Shown here: piece by piece, positions 21,325 through 34,721 of the stretch
Numbering within the stretch: the first letter of the stretch is position 1
Layout: each line of letters starts with the position of its first letter
Source: Squalus acanthias
Lineage: Eukaryota
Length of the DNA: 64,000 nucleotides
Assembly: GCA_030390025.1 (NCBI GenBank)
Contig: CM059432.1
Span: 88,724,001 to 88,788,000, forward strand
Direction: 5' to 3'
Program-made: the position numbers and the translations under genes
Notes under the pieces: model-generated
What the model was told of the DNA's origin: nothing
What the model saw: only the letters and a program-made list of their open reading frames with translations
Databases searched by the model: none

Positions 21325-23027
21325 TATTGTTGTTAGGTATCTATATGCCTGAATAAAATTGGTCTTCAGTTAAAAATAACTGAGAATGTTCAGTTCCCTT
21401 ATTGCAAGTAGATTGAAGCTGGTTAGTCTGTATAAGCAAGGCTACACAGTTCTTTGTGCTGCTCGATATATTCCATTTCTTTCTATAATCTGGGTGAGAT
21501 ATTTATTTGGGGATAGAAAATAACGTGTCATTTTTTCCATTTGCAGAGAATAGCGGAAGTTGTTACAGAGCCTTCACTGTCAGCACCACTCATGCGCAGC
21601 AGTTGATTTTCAATTGCTATGGAGCCATTTTTCTGAGTAGTCATTGACTCAGCGATAGGTGAGAGAAGGCCCAAGCTGATGTACAGTAGCATCAAGCCAA
21701 GCTGAATATGCCCCATGTCATAAATGCTATATTTCTCCACATTATTTGGTGAGTAAATAATTCACACATCTCTGTTCCATATTTATGATTGCCATGGAGA
21801 ACATATTCTTTTCATTTATGCTGACTTCCTTTATGATGTGGACAGCAAATTTATTTCTTCACGATGTGTCTGAGCACACAGTGCTGCTCGATTTATTTTT
21901 GCAACAGAATGTCAACTCACTTGTGACTTATCAAAAAATTTGCCTGATTTAATCCTCAACATAAGACAGTCAGTCACCAATTTCTTTGTATGCTACAGGC
22001 TTTGATTTTCTGAGGTTAAGCTAATAGAACTGTTTCCTGTCCCCTCCCCCTCCAAATAAAACACACTGCAACTGAGCTCAGACTCATAGGACAACATAAC
22101 TTTTACATAAACACATATGAATACACTTATACAAAGGTTCGACTGCTATATTAAAACCAATTTGCATAATTCAACAGGATTAAGGAATATCACAAAAATA
22201 GTTACGTAAAATGGTTAATTTCATCACTGTTGGACCTTGCTTTCTTCTCTGTTTTACATAAATGAATTATTTTTTTTGATGCACATAGATATTTTGAGAA
22301 GAAAGCACTTATCTGACGATATCATGCAGGGTTTTTTCTCATCACAAGGAGCCAGGCCATATAAATGATGCATGTAGAGTGAGCCTAGTATTAGTTCTGA
22401 CAGAGCAAGAATGGCAGTGGCTGCTGGACAAAGGCAAGGTGTCATTTGCATCACTTATACACGATGAACTTGTACTATAAATAAGTCAATACACTCAGAT
22501 AGGGAATTTCATCAAATGATAGGATTGAGACTGACAACTGAGGTCATTTCTGAGATTTAGATCCCATATATCTTGAATTGCTTTGTGCTATTGATAAAAA
22601 TTGAGTTTAGTCACACAAGATAAAATTAGACACTGGCAATGTTTTCAAATATGGTCAACCAGTAAAAGAGTACTTCAGCATGCTAGCTTTCAAATATGTA
22701 TATGATATGGATATTGACTTAACCTCATTAGTGTCGGGTCTGATGGTTTCTGAAGGGATCTGACACAGTTAACATTTAAATATAAAGCTATTTTAAACAG
22801 AAGCACGTGGAATTAGATTCACAGAATGGAAAAGATAAATTACAACAAGATGCATCTTAAATATGAACAGGAAAGTGCAACTAATGTTTTATTGCTTTGT
22901 TTTAATTTTATTTCATTTTTTATCCTATGAAATCTGTATTTATAGCAATAGCCAACGAGTGAAACACATCCAGGATGAAACATTTTCAATTAGAAGCCTC
23001 AGACATTGACTTATCAACAACAGCATA

Positions 23028-23066
23028 CAGAGAGAGTGAGTGTGTGTGTGTGTGTGAGAGAGAGAG
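23028..23066. repeat. (GA)n/(GT)n microsatellite
   Basis: Visible dinucleotide runs. Confidence 0.9.
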
Positions 23067-23222
23067 GAACTGTTATTAGTTTGGTCTGTATATGACAACT
23101 TGCCAACCTTTGTAAGTTAGGCAACATTTTAGTTGTAAACTAATGATTTATCTGTTATTTACCATAGCTTTTCATGATAAATGATAATTGTTTTATCACA
23201 GTCTTGAGATTAATTTTCTTTA

Positions 23223-24409
23223 GGCTAGCAATTCGTCCCCTCAGCGCTACTCCTTAGAGTCAGCTGGTGGCGGGTCCTGCGGTGGCCGCCGTCTTGGTCC
23301 CAACTTTGCGCTGCCGGTACCTGGCAGTGCCGTACAGAAAGAAACAATGTCGTTTTAACTTCGACCTTAGTGCTGAATTCAGCACTGAGTCCTAAGCACA
23401 CTAGGTAAACCCAGCATCCACTCGCAGAGGGAAGAGGAATACACAGAAGAAGAGGAAGCCGAAGAGGAGGAAGCAGAAGAGCAGATGGAAGGATGCATCC
23501 TATACAGCCCCTTTGTGGCCGGGATATCCGGGATGGAATCATCCAAATATGGTCCCAGTGACCACAACCCCAATTCCCCTTTCAACATTAGTCCCACACC
23601 TTACCTTCCATCTGTTACTGACCATCACAGTGTCCTCTTGGCCACGATGCTGAAATAAAAGTCACCACAAAGCAAACTTTCCAATCCAACTTTATACATC
23701 TATCCATCCAATGTGACATCAAGAAATCAACTCATCACCCTTTTACATTCTCTTAGTGACTGTCTTGTGCGTGCCTTTGCCTATCCTACTGATGAGAAGT
23801 CGCACAACACCAGGTTATAGTCCAACAGATTTATTTAAAATTACAAGCTTTCGGAGCTGTCGCCCTTTCCTCAGGTAAAGTTACAATCATATCTCCGCAT
23901 CATATCCTACTGATGTCACACAGTGCTACCCCAGTAGCTGTAGCATGGCTGGTGAATGGCTGCTGACTTTCAGTGGGGACACTGCAAATGTCCTTGCTGG
24001 TTGACCTTGAGGAGGCTGATGACTGGGAGTGTGAAATCAATCTTCTTCTGTTCTTGTTCTTCTTCACTCTCCTCTTCCTCTTCTTGGTCACCCATTGGCT
24101 GGGCAGGCTGCATTTCTTGGATGTGTGAAATGAGGAAGGCAAAAGGGTGGAGTTGTGGTGATGGGAGTGCGGGAAAGCATGAGGTGCATGCGAGAAGGAG
24201 GATAACGTATGAGGATACCAGCATCTTGTATCCCTTCAGCCCGGCCGCTGGCCAAGGGCTCAGCCATACTCCTGCCAAGAATGGCCAGCACCGTCTCCTC
24301 CAAGGGGGTGAGGTGAGGTGAGGCTAGGAATGGGAGATGTGCCTTGTGATTGGTGCAGATTGTTGGTAGGTGAGTGATTGCAATATGTATTGTAAAGAGT
24401 GAGTGTAAT
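23223..24409. mobile_element. Internally deleted Harbinger remnant (transposase tail on plus, Myb-like exons on minus) with a ~90-bp Penelope pLTR fragment at 23792-23878
   Basis: Homologous to 14700-16600 in reverse orientation. 23792-23878 matches 36902-36987. Confidence 0.75.
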
Positions 24410-26430
24410 AGAAACATAGAAACATAGAAAAATAGGAGCAGGAGTAGGCCATTCGGCCCTTCGAGCCTGCTCCGCCATTCAACATGATCATGGCTGATCC
24501 TCTATCTCAATACCATATTCCCGCTCTCTCCCCTTACTCTTTGATGCCTTTTGTGTCTAGAAATCTATCTATCTCCTTCTTAAATATATTCAGTGACTTG
24601 GCCTCCACAGCCTTCTGCGGTAGAGAATTACACAGGTTCACCACCCTCTGAGTGAAGAAATTTCTCCTCATCTCAGTCCTAAATGTCCTACCCCATATCC
24701 TGAGACTGTGACCCCTCGTTCTAGACCCCCAGCCAGGGGAAACATCCTCCCTGCATCCAGTCTGTCTAGCCCTGTCAGAATTTTATACGTTTCAATGAGA
24801 TCCCCTCTCATTCTTCTAAACTCTAGTGAATACAGGCCTAGTCGACCCAATCTCTCCTCATGCGACAGTCCTGCCATCCCAGGAATCAGTCTGGTGAACC
24901 TTCGCTGCACTCCCTCTATGGCAAGTATATCCTTTCTTAGGTAAGGAGACCAAAACTGCACACAGTACTCCAGGTGTGGTCTCACCAAGGCCCTGTATAA
25001 CTGTAGTAGGACATCCTTGCTCCTGTACTCAAATCCTCTTGCAATGAAGGCCAACATACCATTTGCCTTCCTAACTGCTTGCTGCACCTGCATGTTTGCT
25101 TTCAGCGACTAGTGTACAAGGACACCCAGGTCCCTCTGTACATCAACATTTCCCAATCTATCACCATTTAAATAATACTCTGCCTTTCTGTTTTTCCTAC
25201 CGAAGTGGATAACTTCACATTTATCCACGTTATACTGCATCTGCCATGTATTTGCCCACTCACTCAACTTGTCTAAATCTCCTTGAAGCCTCTTTGCATC
25301 CTCCTCACAACTCACAATCCCACCTAGTTTCATGTCATCAGCAAACTTGGAAATATTACATTTGGTTCCCTCATCTAAATCATTGATATATATTGTGAAT
25401 AGTTGGGGCCCAAGCACTGATCCCTGTGCTATCCCACTAGTCACCGCCTGCCACCCCGATAAAGACTCATTTATTCCTACTCTCTGGTTCCTGTCTGTTA
25501 TCCAATTTTCAATCCATGCCAGTATATTGCGCCAAATCCCATGTGCTTTAATTTTGCACACTAACCTCTTATGTGGGACTTTATCAAAGGCCTTCTGAAA
25601 ATCCAAATACACCACATCCACTGGTTCTCCCTTATCTATTCTACCAGTTACATCCTCAAAAAACTCTAGTAGGTTTGTCAAACACGATTTCCTTTTCATA
25701 AATCCATGTTGACTTTGTCTGATCCCGCTGATATTTTCTAAGTGTCCTGTTAACACATCCTTTATGATAGACTCTAGCATTTTCCCTACTACTGATGTTA
25801 GGCTAACCGATCTGTACTTCCCTGCTTTCTCTCTCCCTCCTTTTTTAATTAGTGGGGTTACATTTGCCACCCTCCAATCTGCAGGAACTGTTCCAAAATC
25901 TATAGAATTTTGGAAGATGACAACCAATGCATCCACTATTTCCATGGCTACCTCTTTTAGTACTCTGGGTGCAGATTATCAGGCCCTGGGGATTTATTGG
26001 CTTTCAGTTCCATTAATTTCGCCAGCACTATTTTTTTACTAATACTAATTTCCTTTAATTCCTCCTTCTCACTAGTCCCTTGGTTCAATCGTATTTCTGG
26101 AAAGTTATCTGTGTCCTCTTCTGTGAAGACAGAACCAAAGTATTTGTTTAATTGCTCCACCATTTCCTTGTTCCCCATTATAAATTCTCCCGTTTCTGAC
26201 TGTAAGGGACCTATATTTGTCATCACTAATCTTTTATTTTTACATACTTGTGGAAGCTTTTACAATCTGCTTTTATGTTCCTTGCAAGTTTACTCTCATA
26301 TTCTATTTTTCCCCTCTTAATCAATCTCTTGGTCCTTTTTTGCTGAACTCTAAACTGCTCCCAATCCTCAGGCTTGCTACTTTTTCTGGCAACTTTATAT
26401 GACTCCTCTTTGGATCTAATACTATTCTTA
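24410..26430 (-). mobile_element. 5'-truncated CR1 LINE (RT region to TTCTATGT tail)
   Basis: ORF 25109-25945 has YLDFQKAFDKVPH, QGSVLGP, FADD. ORF 24668-25093 is the C-terminus. The tail reads AGAAACATAGAAACATAG on plus. Confidence 0.95.
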
Positions 26431-26805
26431 ATCCTAGCTAAGGATTTATCAAGTGATTCAGATATGTAACTGCTGTAGATCCGTAAATGTAAGGTGACAA
26501 AATAGAGTTCATCACAAGGCCTAAATTAAAGTGAGAACTCTTAGTAGAAATAGGAGGGCTGAATTCCGTCCACCCAGCACAGTGTAAGTCAGCTGGTGTG
26601 TTTGAGTTCAGCTCATTTGCATGTTGTCAACACGTTCTGGGCAGGATTCCCACCAGGGATTCGGCACATGCACAAGAGTGGAAGGAAGCTTAAAAAGAAA
26701 ATTGACTTTGGGAGTGGTGGCAGCAGAACGAATCTCTGCAACTGCAGATGTCTAACAACAATGTTGGAAGGAGAAGGGCTCCCATTTTGATGACAGGGAA
26801 TATGC

Positions 26806-27610
26806 TGGGGGGAATTTTAACCCCAAGAAACGGGTGGGTTGGGGTCGAGTGGGATGTTAAAGTGTTAAAAAACTGAATCCCGACCCCAACCCGCCTCCAA
26901 CCCACCCACTTCCAGTTTTGACCGAGGCAGGATGGGGCGCAGGCAGCCAACCCGCTGCCAGGAGGCAGGCCGCTTTTTAAATATTATAATGAGGCTGGCG
27001 TGCCTCATATTTAACCACCATTGCAAATTTATCTCTGGTTGGTTGGATTTCGCAGGCCTCGGGGAACCCGCCATCTAAAGTAAGATGAGGACTGCTGGAT
27101 CCAGGAGGTAAGTGCTTTTCTACTCACCTCCTCGATCCAGCGTCCTTGCTTCACCCATCCCCGCAATCAGACACCCGCCCCCCGCCCCCCGCCAGGCCTC
27201 GGATCCTCCCCACCAGGCCTCCGATCACCCCGACCTCCCCCACTCCGAGGCCTCCGATCACCCCCAACCTCCCACCTCGAGGTCTCTGATCCCCCCCACG
27301 AGGCCTCCATTCGCCTTCCTGGCCTCCCCCTCCAGCCCCGATGCTCCTCCGGCTCCCGATTCTCCACCCCACGACCAATGCTCCTCCGGTCCTGATCCTC
27401 CTCCCCACCCCCACCCGATGCTCTTCCGGCCCCGATCCTCCGGCCCTCGACCACCCTCCACTCGATCCTTCCTTCCCTCCCCTCTGCAGCCTAGTGCTGC
27501 AGGCCTACCCGCCCGCAGCCAGCTTGCCTCTCCATCTGGCTGGCTGTGGGCGGGAAACAGAGCTTTGAAATCCAAATCAGGCCCTGCCCTTAAATTCGGC
27601 ACTGTTCAGA
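26806..27610. mobile_element. GC-rich non-autonomous DNA-transposon-like fragment
   Basis: Starts GGGGGAATTTTAACC, like the Harbinger-type termini in this window. C-rich interior with segments resembling 58700-59440. Confidence 0.45.
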
Positions 27611-30206
27611 GGGTGCAACATCGTAAAAAGTTCAATAACCTTGCCAGGAGTTGCAAAGTAGGAGCTCACAATTCCATCTCATATTTATTAACTGCAATAA
27701 CTATAACTGTTATGAATTCATCCCTCGTAACCCTCCTACCAATACATTCCTTCACTAGGGCTGGTAATTTTCTTACAAACGGGGTTTCAGCTACACTTTT
27801 AGCGAAGTTATGGTGAAGGAGCAGCTCTGAGGCCTTTGTCTCCACTTTCCCATTAGGCTGTGCACTTTTCAGCATCTCCCCAGCCAATATCGCCTCCTTC
27901 AGTAGGAGCATTTACAAGTCAAGGCCCTGCCAGCTCCTTCCATGTACAGCACTTGAATCATGCATGCTAGTGTCTTGCCAATAACTACAGCGAGCACCAT
28001 AACACATGTGTTTAGGATATTACTGGTCACCACTGTAATCTGCTCACTGTATGCCTATGCTTTGTGGGCAAAGAAAGCACATATCTGGGACTGAGAGGAC
28101 GACTACAAGCAAAGGGACCACAAAGCTACATCCTTTCTCCCCTTTTGAGGAGCATCCTCTCTAAATCCAGGGCAGGGATTTGGACCAGAAAGCAGCAACT
28201 AGAAAAGTAGGATGCATGGCCTTAACTCTGAATTTGTGCTGGGCTTATTCTACCTTCACGCCCCACTCTATTCAGTCTCGCAATCACTTACACCAAAGCT
28301 AGCACTGACTAGGGTCTCCTTGACAGTCCTTTGGTGAAGGCTGCTTAGCCAAAAAGGATTGTGTTTGCAGGTGCGGCAGCAGAAGCTGTGGTGGGCCCTC
28401 CCTCTACTGGAGCCACCATACAGCTCACACAGCACCCCGCCCATCATGTGTACGCTGCCCAGCAGCAGCACAGGCTCATCCACTCGGGGAGAATTAGTTA
28501 CTGAAGTTGAGGACAGCACTCTGCTTGAACCACAGTGACCAGGAGCGGCGGGAGGAGGTGGGGGTGGGGGTGGGAGAGGGGGGGAGGCGAACAGGGCCAG
28601 AGGGTCATTGCCATCCATCCACAGCTGATAAGGCAGTGATCCTCAGCTTCAAGGCGCAGCATTTAAAAGACAGACGCATTCGGAGCTTGACAGATTGTTA
28701 GTGTCATCAGAGGAATTGCCTAGGAGCTTTCAGCACATGACAACCAGTGTGGAGGATCCCACGACCTGCATGTGTGGGCTTCCGATGCACGGCATTGAAG
28801 CCTTGCAGGGGAAAATTTTCACTTTTGCTCTCCTGATAGGAAACTTGGTCTCCCAAGAACCTGTAGTGGAAATAGGAGGGCTGAATATCATCCACCCACC
28901 ACAGTGTACGTCAGCTGGTGCATGTTTTAAACATACCTGACTTGAACTTTACTTTATTTCTGAGTTCATATCATGAATTCATGGACGCATACCCCATGAT
29001 TTCCTCCCATTAAAATGAATAGATGGAAAACCATGGGAAGCATCTGATACCTGCTCCCATGGGTGCAGCTCTGCATCGGGAGTGAAATAATGTAAAATCA
29101 CTCCAGTAGGTAAATTAAATTTTGATTTTAATTTTGAAAAAAGTGTCATTTTAATCTTTAAATTGTACATCAAGAGGCTGCTTATCACACAACCACAATT
29201 GTAAAGGAATTTTGCTGGATAAAATATTTAACAGTATATTTACTTTCAAAACCTTTTACAAACTTTATTTAAATTAATGGAAAATTAAAATGTTTGTTTC
29301 AGAAGTTGTGACTGAAATTGCCTGTGATGCAGAATATTTACTGGAACCTTCTCTGGAATAAAAGTCCAAATGATTACAGTGGGGGCAGGATGTCCTCTGG
29401 GCACTTGGTGTAGAGAAATCGCAAACATCTTTACAAAGTGCTGGCTTATGATTTTGCTGCACCTAGTTCACAGAGGAAATCTTTCCCCTTAGTGAAAACA
29501 CTGAAGCAGCAACACCAGAATGGATTTATCGTACATGTTAGAAAAATAGCTATTTTCCTGTCAGTTTATGTTTCAATGGGACAGACTACAACTGATATTA
29601 CAAAACCAAAAGCTGTGAATGAATGATTTGAGCTTATTTAATAACTATTTTTCTGGCCAATACACAAATACTCAGTGATTTCAAATTAAGGCTAGAGAAT
29701 TAGCAATAAAATGCAGAATTATAGTCCTGTTTTGAATATTTTCCTTTTGTACTTAAATTTCGATATATTGCATCAGGTGCTCATATAGCTGTGTGATGGA
29801 TTGGGTGTCTGTTTGGTTTCAAATCACATAAGACTATAGCCCTAAAAGTCCCCCGGGATCACACCGTCACCACCTTCACCACCTTCACCCTGCCCCCAGT
29901 GCCCTCCAACACTGACCCAGCTGGAGTTTGTGGGATCAGCAGGAGGGCTCCTCATTTACATGAGACTGGCAGACAAATGGAGCACTACCTACACATCTTC
30001 AGTGCCCACCTGCCTCTTGCAGCTGGAAAATCTGGTACCTAACCCTCTCCTGAGACCTCAGCCATCTCCCCTTCAGTTCCTATGCAAGAGAGTCGAACCA
30101 ATAAATATTTTGTGTTCAGGGGGGCAAGATCGCTCCACTTTCCCTGGACCACCCCTCCCCCCACTGCTGGGGCCAGTTTCGACCCATTTTGAAAGCAATG
30201 CGCCTT

Positions 30207-30914
30207 GGGGGGAAAATTCGGTTGCTTTGCGCCTCCCGTGCCTCCCACGAAATTCAGCGGGAGGTTAGCGGCGGCGGTAACCATTAGCGCCCCGCAGCGC
30301 TGCGCCGCCGGCAATGACGTCATCGCCGTGCGCAGCTCCCCGCTCACGCCCCGGCTGCAATCTTTGGTAGCGCCCCCTGACTTACTGCCGGATGCTATGT
30401 CCGACGGGGTCGGGGGGCCTACCTGCAGCCGGGGCGGCGCTAATTAAAGGCGAGGTTCCCGGCGGCCATTTTTGTTGCTGGCCGCCTGCCAGCACCTGCC
30501 CCCGTTGCCGTCCCCGGCCTCCTCTTCAGCCCCCCCCGCGGAGTGCCGGCTGCGCTCCGTGAGCCCAGCACTTCTCTTGAGTGCTGGGCTCTTTTGCCGG
30601 CACTCCGATACCTGGTGGCCCAGCTGGGCCCCGGGTCGCGCTGCACAAGACCCCTCCCCTTTAAGAAGGGGAGGAAGGCCTGCAGTACCGCGGTGCGACA
30701 TGCCACGGCGCATGGCGCTGTGGCACATAGTGCCGCAATATTCCCTCGCAATGCCCCAAGAGGGAGGCAGGACCCTTCCAGTAGCGCCCCGCTTCCCTCT
30801 TGGGGCGCTACTGGTGAATTTCAGCCGCGGGGGTGCTAATTTTTTCGGGAAGCTAAAAGTAGCGCCCCGGCGAAGTTAGCGCCCCAAAGGGGGCGCGACT
30901 CAATTTTTCCCCCC
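30207..30914. mobile_element. Non-autonomous Harbinger (MITE) related to 45417-49614
   Basis: TIRs GGGGGGAAAATT / AATTTTTCCCCCC. Repeated TAGCGCC/GGCGCTA subterminal motifs and CCCTCCCCTTTAAGAA are shared with the 45417-49614 element. Confidence 0.8.
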
Positions 30915-32324
30915 TTATATCTCTGGATGTACAGACCCCAGTTCTACGCTGGATCCTGACAGACACAAGCATCAGAAACTCCTGGTGCAGGGATTTGCCA
31001 CCCCAACACTGGCACCTCAATTCATTGGCCCTGTAAGGTGCAAGCAAACGTTCTGCCCCATACAAGGCCAAGCGGAAATTCCAGAAATGGCGGGGATCCT
31101 ACGCAACTGGATCTCTGCCCTTTCATGGTGGGTTCCGCTGGACTCCTGTTGGAGTTACACTGGGAAGCCCAGATAAAATTGGGGGCTGGCAGAGGGGAAC
31201 CTACCTCACAGGGAGCATAGATCGGAGATATCTTTCAACATTTTGTTATGGCAATGCATAGTTTGCCAGCCTTGTAACAAGTTTAAAATGTCTGCGTCTG
31301 TTTATTGAGTGAAATATACGTTCCCTGCATCGTGCAGATGCCAGTTCAAAGGAGATGCCCTCTCTGATGAGGTGGATTGTTTACCAAATATCACAGATGA
31401 CTGCTATTAGCAGTGCTCACTGGAGGAAGGTAATTACTTTTTGTATCAAGCTTCTCTTGTTTCACAGGTGTAAACATTACATCAGATGCAGCTCTATTGT
31501 CTTTGAATTCTAGTTTTGAGCAATAGCTTTATATATTGTCAAAGGTGAGATACCTTTTGATATTCCTTTGTCTCAGGTCAGATTTCAAAGCAGAGATTAG
31601 TTGGAACTGTTGCCCCATATCCAGGCTCTTGAGTAAATGTTTGCTTCACCAGGCTGCTGACAGGCTGGAGCCAGTGGAATTCTCTGTGAAATGTCCGACT
31701 CCAGGTATAAACTCCGCATCATGGACATAGGTCCAAGCTAAGCGCGTTAACTCCGACATCCATGAGAATTTCAAGACAGCTCATTGTTTGGGAGCAGGGA
31801 CTGTAAATTTAAGCAAAGTTTTTGCAAACTAATTCAAAGCTGCTGTGTTATTTGGACTGTCTCCTACAACAACAACAACTTGCATTTATATAGCGCCTTT
31901 AACATAGTAAAACATTGCTTGCTTCTATAAATGACTCTATCTGTGAATAAATTAATTTGGTAGCCTGTTAGAAAATGTCTGGCATGACTGAAATTAATGG
32001 TCTTCTGAAGTGACATGAGTGTGCAGCAGAAATCCTATGTGTAAATCTAAAGACAATAAATAGGTCTATTGCTTGTCCAAGGTATTCTATGCAGACCACG
32101 TTTCACATAAGGGGGGTAAAATTCAACTTCAGCAGGGATGATTTTAACCCTGCTGCCCGGTGGGAACGGGATGGTTAAAATCGCTGCAGAGGATTTACGG
32201 CTCCATTCTCGCTCGGTTCCCGCAGGCCGTCCATTTAACTGGGCAGTTTTTTTAGTCGGCCGAGGCACTTGCCAAAGGCAGGCGGGATCCTCATGAATAC
32301 ATGCACATTCAGGTCCTATGAGGC

Positions 32325-33192
32325 TTAACCTTCTAAATCTTAGGGAATACAACCCTAATTTGTGTAATCTCTCCTCGTAACTTAACCCTTGAAGTCCGGG
32401 TATCATTCTGGTAAACCTACACTGCACTCTCTCCAAGGCCAATATATCCTTCCTAAGGTGTGGTGCCCAGAACTGCTCACAGTACTCCAGGTGTGGTTTT
32501 GTACAGCTGCAGCATAACTTCTATCCCCTTGTATTCTCGTCCTCTAGATATAAAGGCCAGAATTCCATTAGCCTTTTTGATTCTTTTCTGTACCTGTTCA
32601 TGACATTTTAATGATCTATGTATCTGGACCCCCAAGTCTCTTTGGACCTCCACTGTTTTTAGCTTTTCACGATTTAGAAAATACCCTGTTCTATCCTTTT
32701 TAGGTCCAAAGTGGATGAACTCAAATTTGCTTACATTGAAATCCATTTGCCTTAGTTTTGTCCAGTCACTTAATCTATCAATATCCCTTTGTAATTTTAT
32801 GCTTTCGTCTACACTGCCTACAATGCCACCTATCTTTGTGTCATCGGCAAATTTGGATATATGACTTTTTATGCCATCATCTAAGTCATTAATAAATACT
32901 GTGAATAGTTGAAGCCCCAGATCCCTGTGGGACACCACTAGTCACATCCTGCCAATTTGAGTACCTACCCATTATCCCTACTCTCTGTCTCTTGTCGCTC
33001 AGCCAATTTCCTAACCAGGTCAATAATTTGCCCTCAATTCCGTGGGCTTCTACCTTAGTTAACAGAAACTTATATGGGACTTTATCAAATAACATCCATA
33101 GACATACTCCTGTCCACAACTTGAATTCAAAAAATTTAATCAGGTTTGTCAGGCATGACCTACCTTTTACAAATACATGCTGGCTCTCTCTG
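32325..33192 (-). mobile_element. CR1 LINE fragment A (continues at 38058-38465)
   Basis: FADDTKIGG and ALERVQCRFTRMIPGL. The reading EHFQLI/RESQH joins across the insertion at 33193-38057. Confidence 0.88.
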
Positions 33193-33670
33193 ATAGAATA
33201 GAATCATAGAATCATAGTATCATAGAATCATAGAATGGTTACAGCATGGAAGAAAGCCATTCGGCCAGCTCTCTGCAAGAGCACCTCGCCCGCCCTTTCC
33301 CTGTAGCCCTGCAAATGTTTTTCTTTCCGGTACTTATCCAACTCCCTTTTGAAAGCCGTGGTTGAATCTGCCTCCACCACCCTTTCAGACAGTGCATTCC
33401 AGATCCTAACCACTCGCTGAGTAAAAAAGTTTTTTCTTATGTCGCCTTTGGTTCTTTTGCCAATCACCTTAAATCTGTGTCCTCTGGTTCTCAACCATTC
33501 TGCCAATGGGAGCAGTTTCTCTCTATCTACTCTGTCCAGACCCCTCAAGATTTTGAACACCTCTATCAAATCTCTTCTCAATCTTCTCTGCTCCAAGGAG
33601 AACAACCCCAGCTTCTCCAGTCTATCCTCGTAACTAAAGTCCCTCATCCCTGGAATCATTCTCGTAAATC

Positions 33671-34721
33671 TTTTTTTTAAATTCATTTATGGGATGTGGG
33701 TGTCGCTGGCAAGGCCAGCATTTATTGTTCATCCCTAATTGCCCTTGAGAAGGTGGTGGTGAGCCACCTTCTTGAACCGCTGCAGTCCGTGTGGTGAAGG
33801 TACTCCCACAGTGCTGTTAGGGAGGGAGTTCCAGGATTTTGACCCAGCGACGATGAAGGATTGGTGATATACTTCAACATCAGGATGGTGTGTCACTTGG
33901 AGGGGAACTTGGAGGTGGTGGTGTTCCCATGCACCTGCTGCCCTTGTCCTTCTAGGTGGAAGAGGTCGCGGGTTTGGGAGGTGCTGCCGAAGAAGCCTTG
34001 GCGAGTTGCTGCAGTGCATCTTGTAGATGGTACACACTGCAGCCACGGTACGCCGGTGGTGGAGGGAGTGAATGTTTAAGGTGGTGGATGGGGTGCCAAT
34101 CAAACGGGCTGCTTTGTCCAGGATGGTGTTGAGCTTCTTGAGTGTTGTTGGAGCTGCACTCATCCAGGCAAGTGGAGAGTATTCCATCACACACCTTACT
34201 TGTGCCTTGTAGATGGTGGAAAGGCTTTGGGGAGTCGGGAGGTGAGACACTCACCGCAGAATACCCAGCCTTTGACCCGCTCTTGTAGCCACAGTATTTA
34301 TGTGGCTGGTCCAGTTAAGTTTCTGGTCAATGGTGACCTCCAAGATGTTGATGGTGGGGGATTTGGCGATGGTAATGCCATTGAATGTCAAGGGGCGGTG
34401 GTTAGACTCTCGCTTGTTGGAGATAGTCATTGCCTGGCACTTTTGTGGCGTGAATGTTACCTGCCACTTAACAGCCCAAGCCTGAACATCGTCCAGGTCT
34501 TGTTACACGTGGGCATGGACTGCTTCATTATCTGAGGAGTTGTGAATGGTGCTGAACACTGTGCAGTGATCAGCGAACATCCCCATTTCTGACCTTATGT
34601 TGGACGGAAGGTCATTGATGAAGCAGCTGAAGATGGCTGGGCCTAAGACACTGCCCTGAGGAACTCCTACAGCGATGTCCTGGAGCTGTGATGATTGACC
34701 TTCAACCACCATAACCATCTT
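33671..34721 (-). mobile_element. 5'-truncated LINE of a second family (CR1/L2-related group) inserted in CR1 B
   Basis: GVPQGSVLGP...FAD and IYKAQVR..MEY..LAW...HSLHHRR. A-rich tail at 33671. CR1 B rejoins across it. Confidence 0.88.

Noticed and set aside
27112..27816. 234-aa Pro-rich ORF and overlapping Gly-rich antisense ORFs
   Set aside because: They arise from C-rich low-complexity repeat DNA that lacks stops in several frames.
28200..28950. Host exon or gene
   Set aside because: There is no coherent ORF. Weak similarity (ELPRSFQHMTTSVED) to the Harbinger Myb-like third exon suggests an old remnant, too degraded to annotate.
31440..31730. Possible host exons after acceptor-like sites
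   Set aside because: No recognisable protein and no consistent exon chain. This cannot be supported without transcript data.
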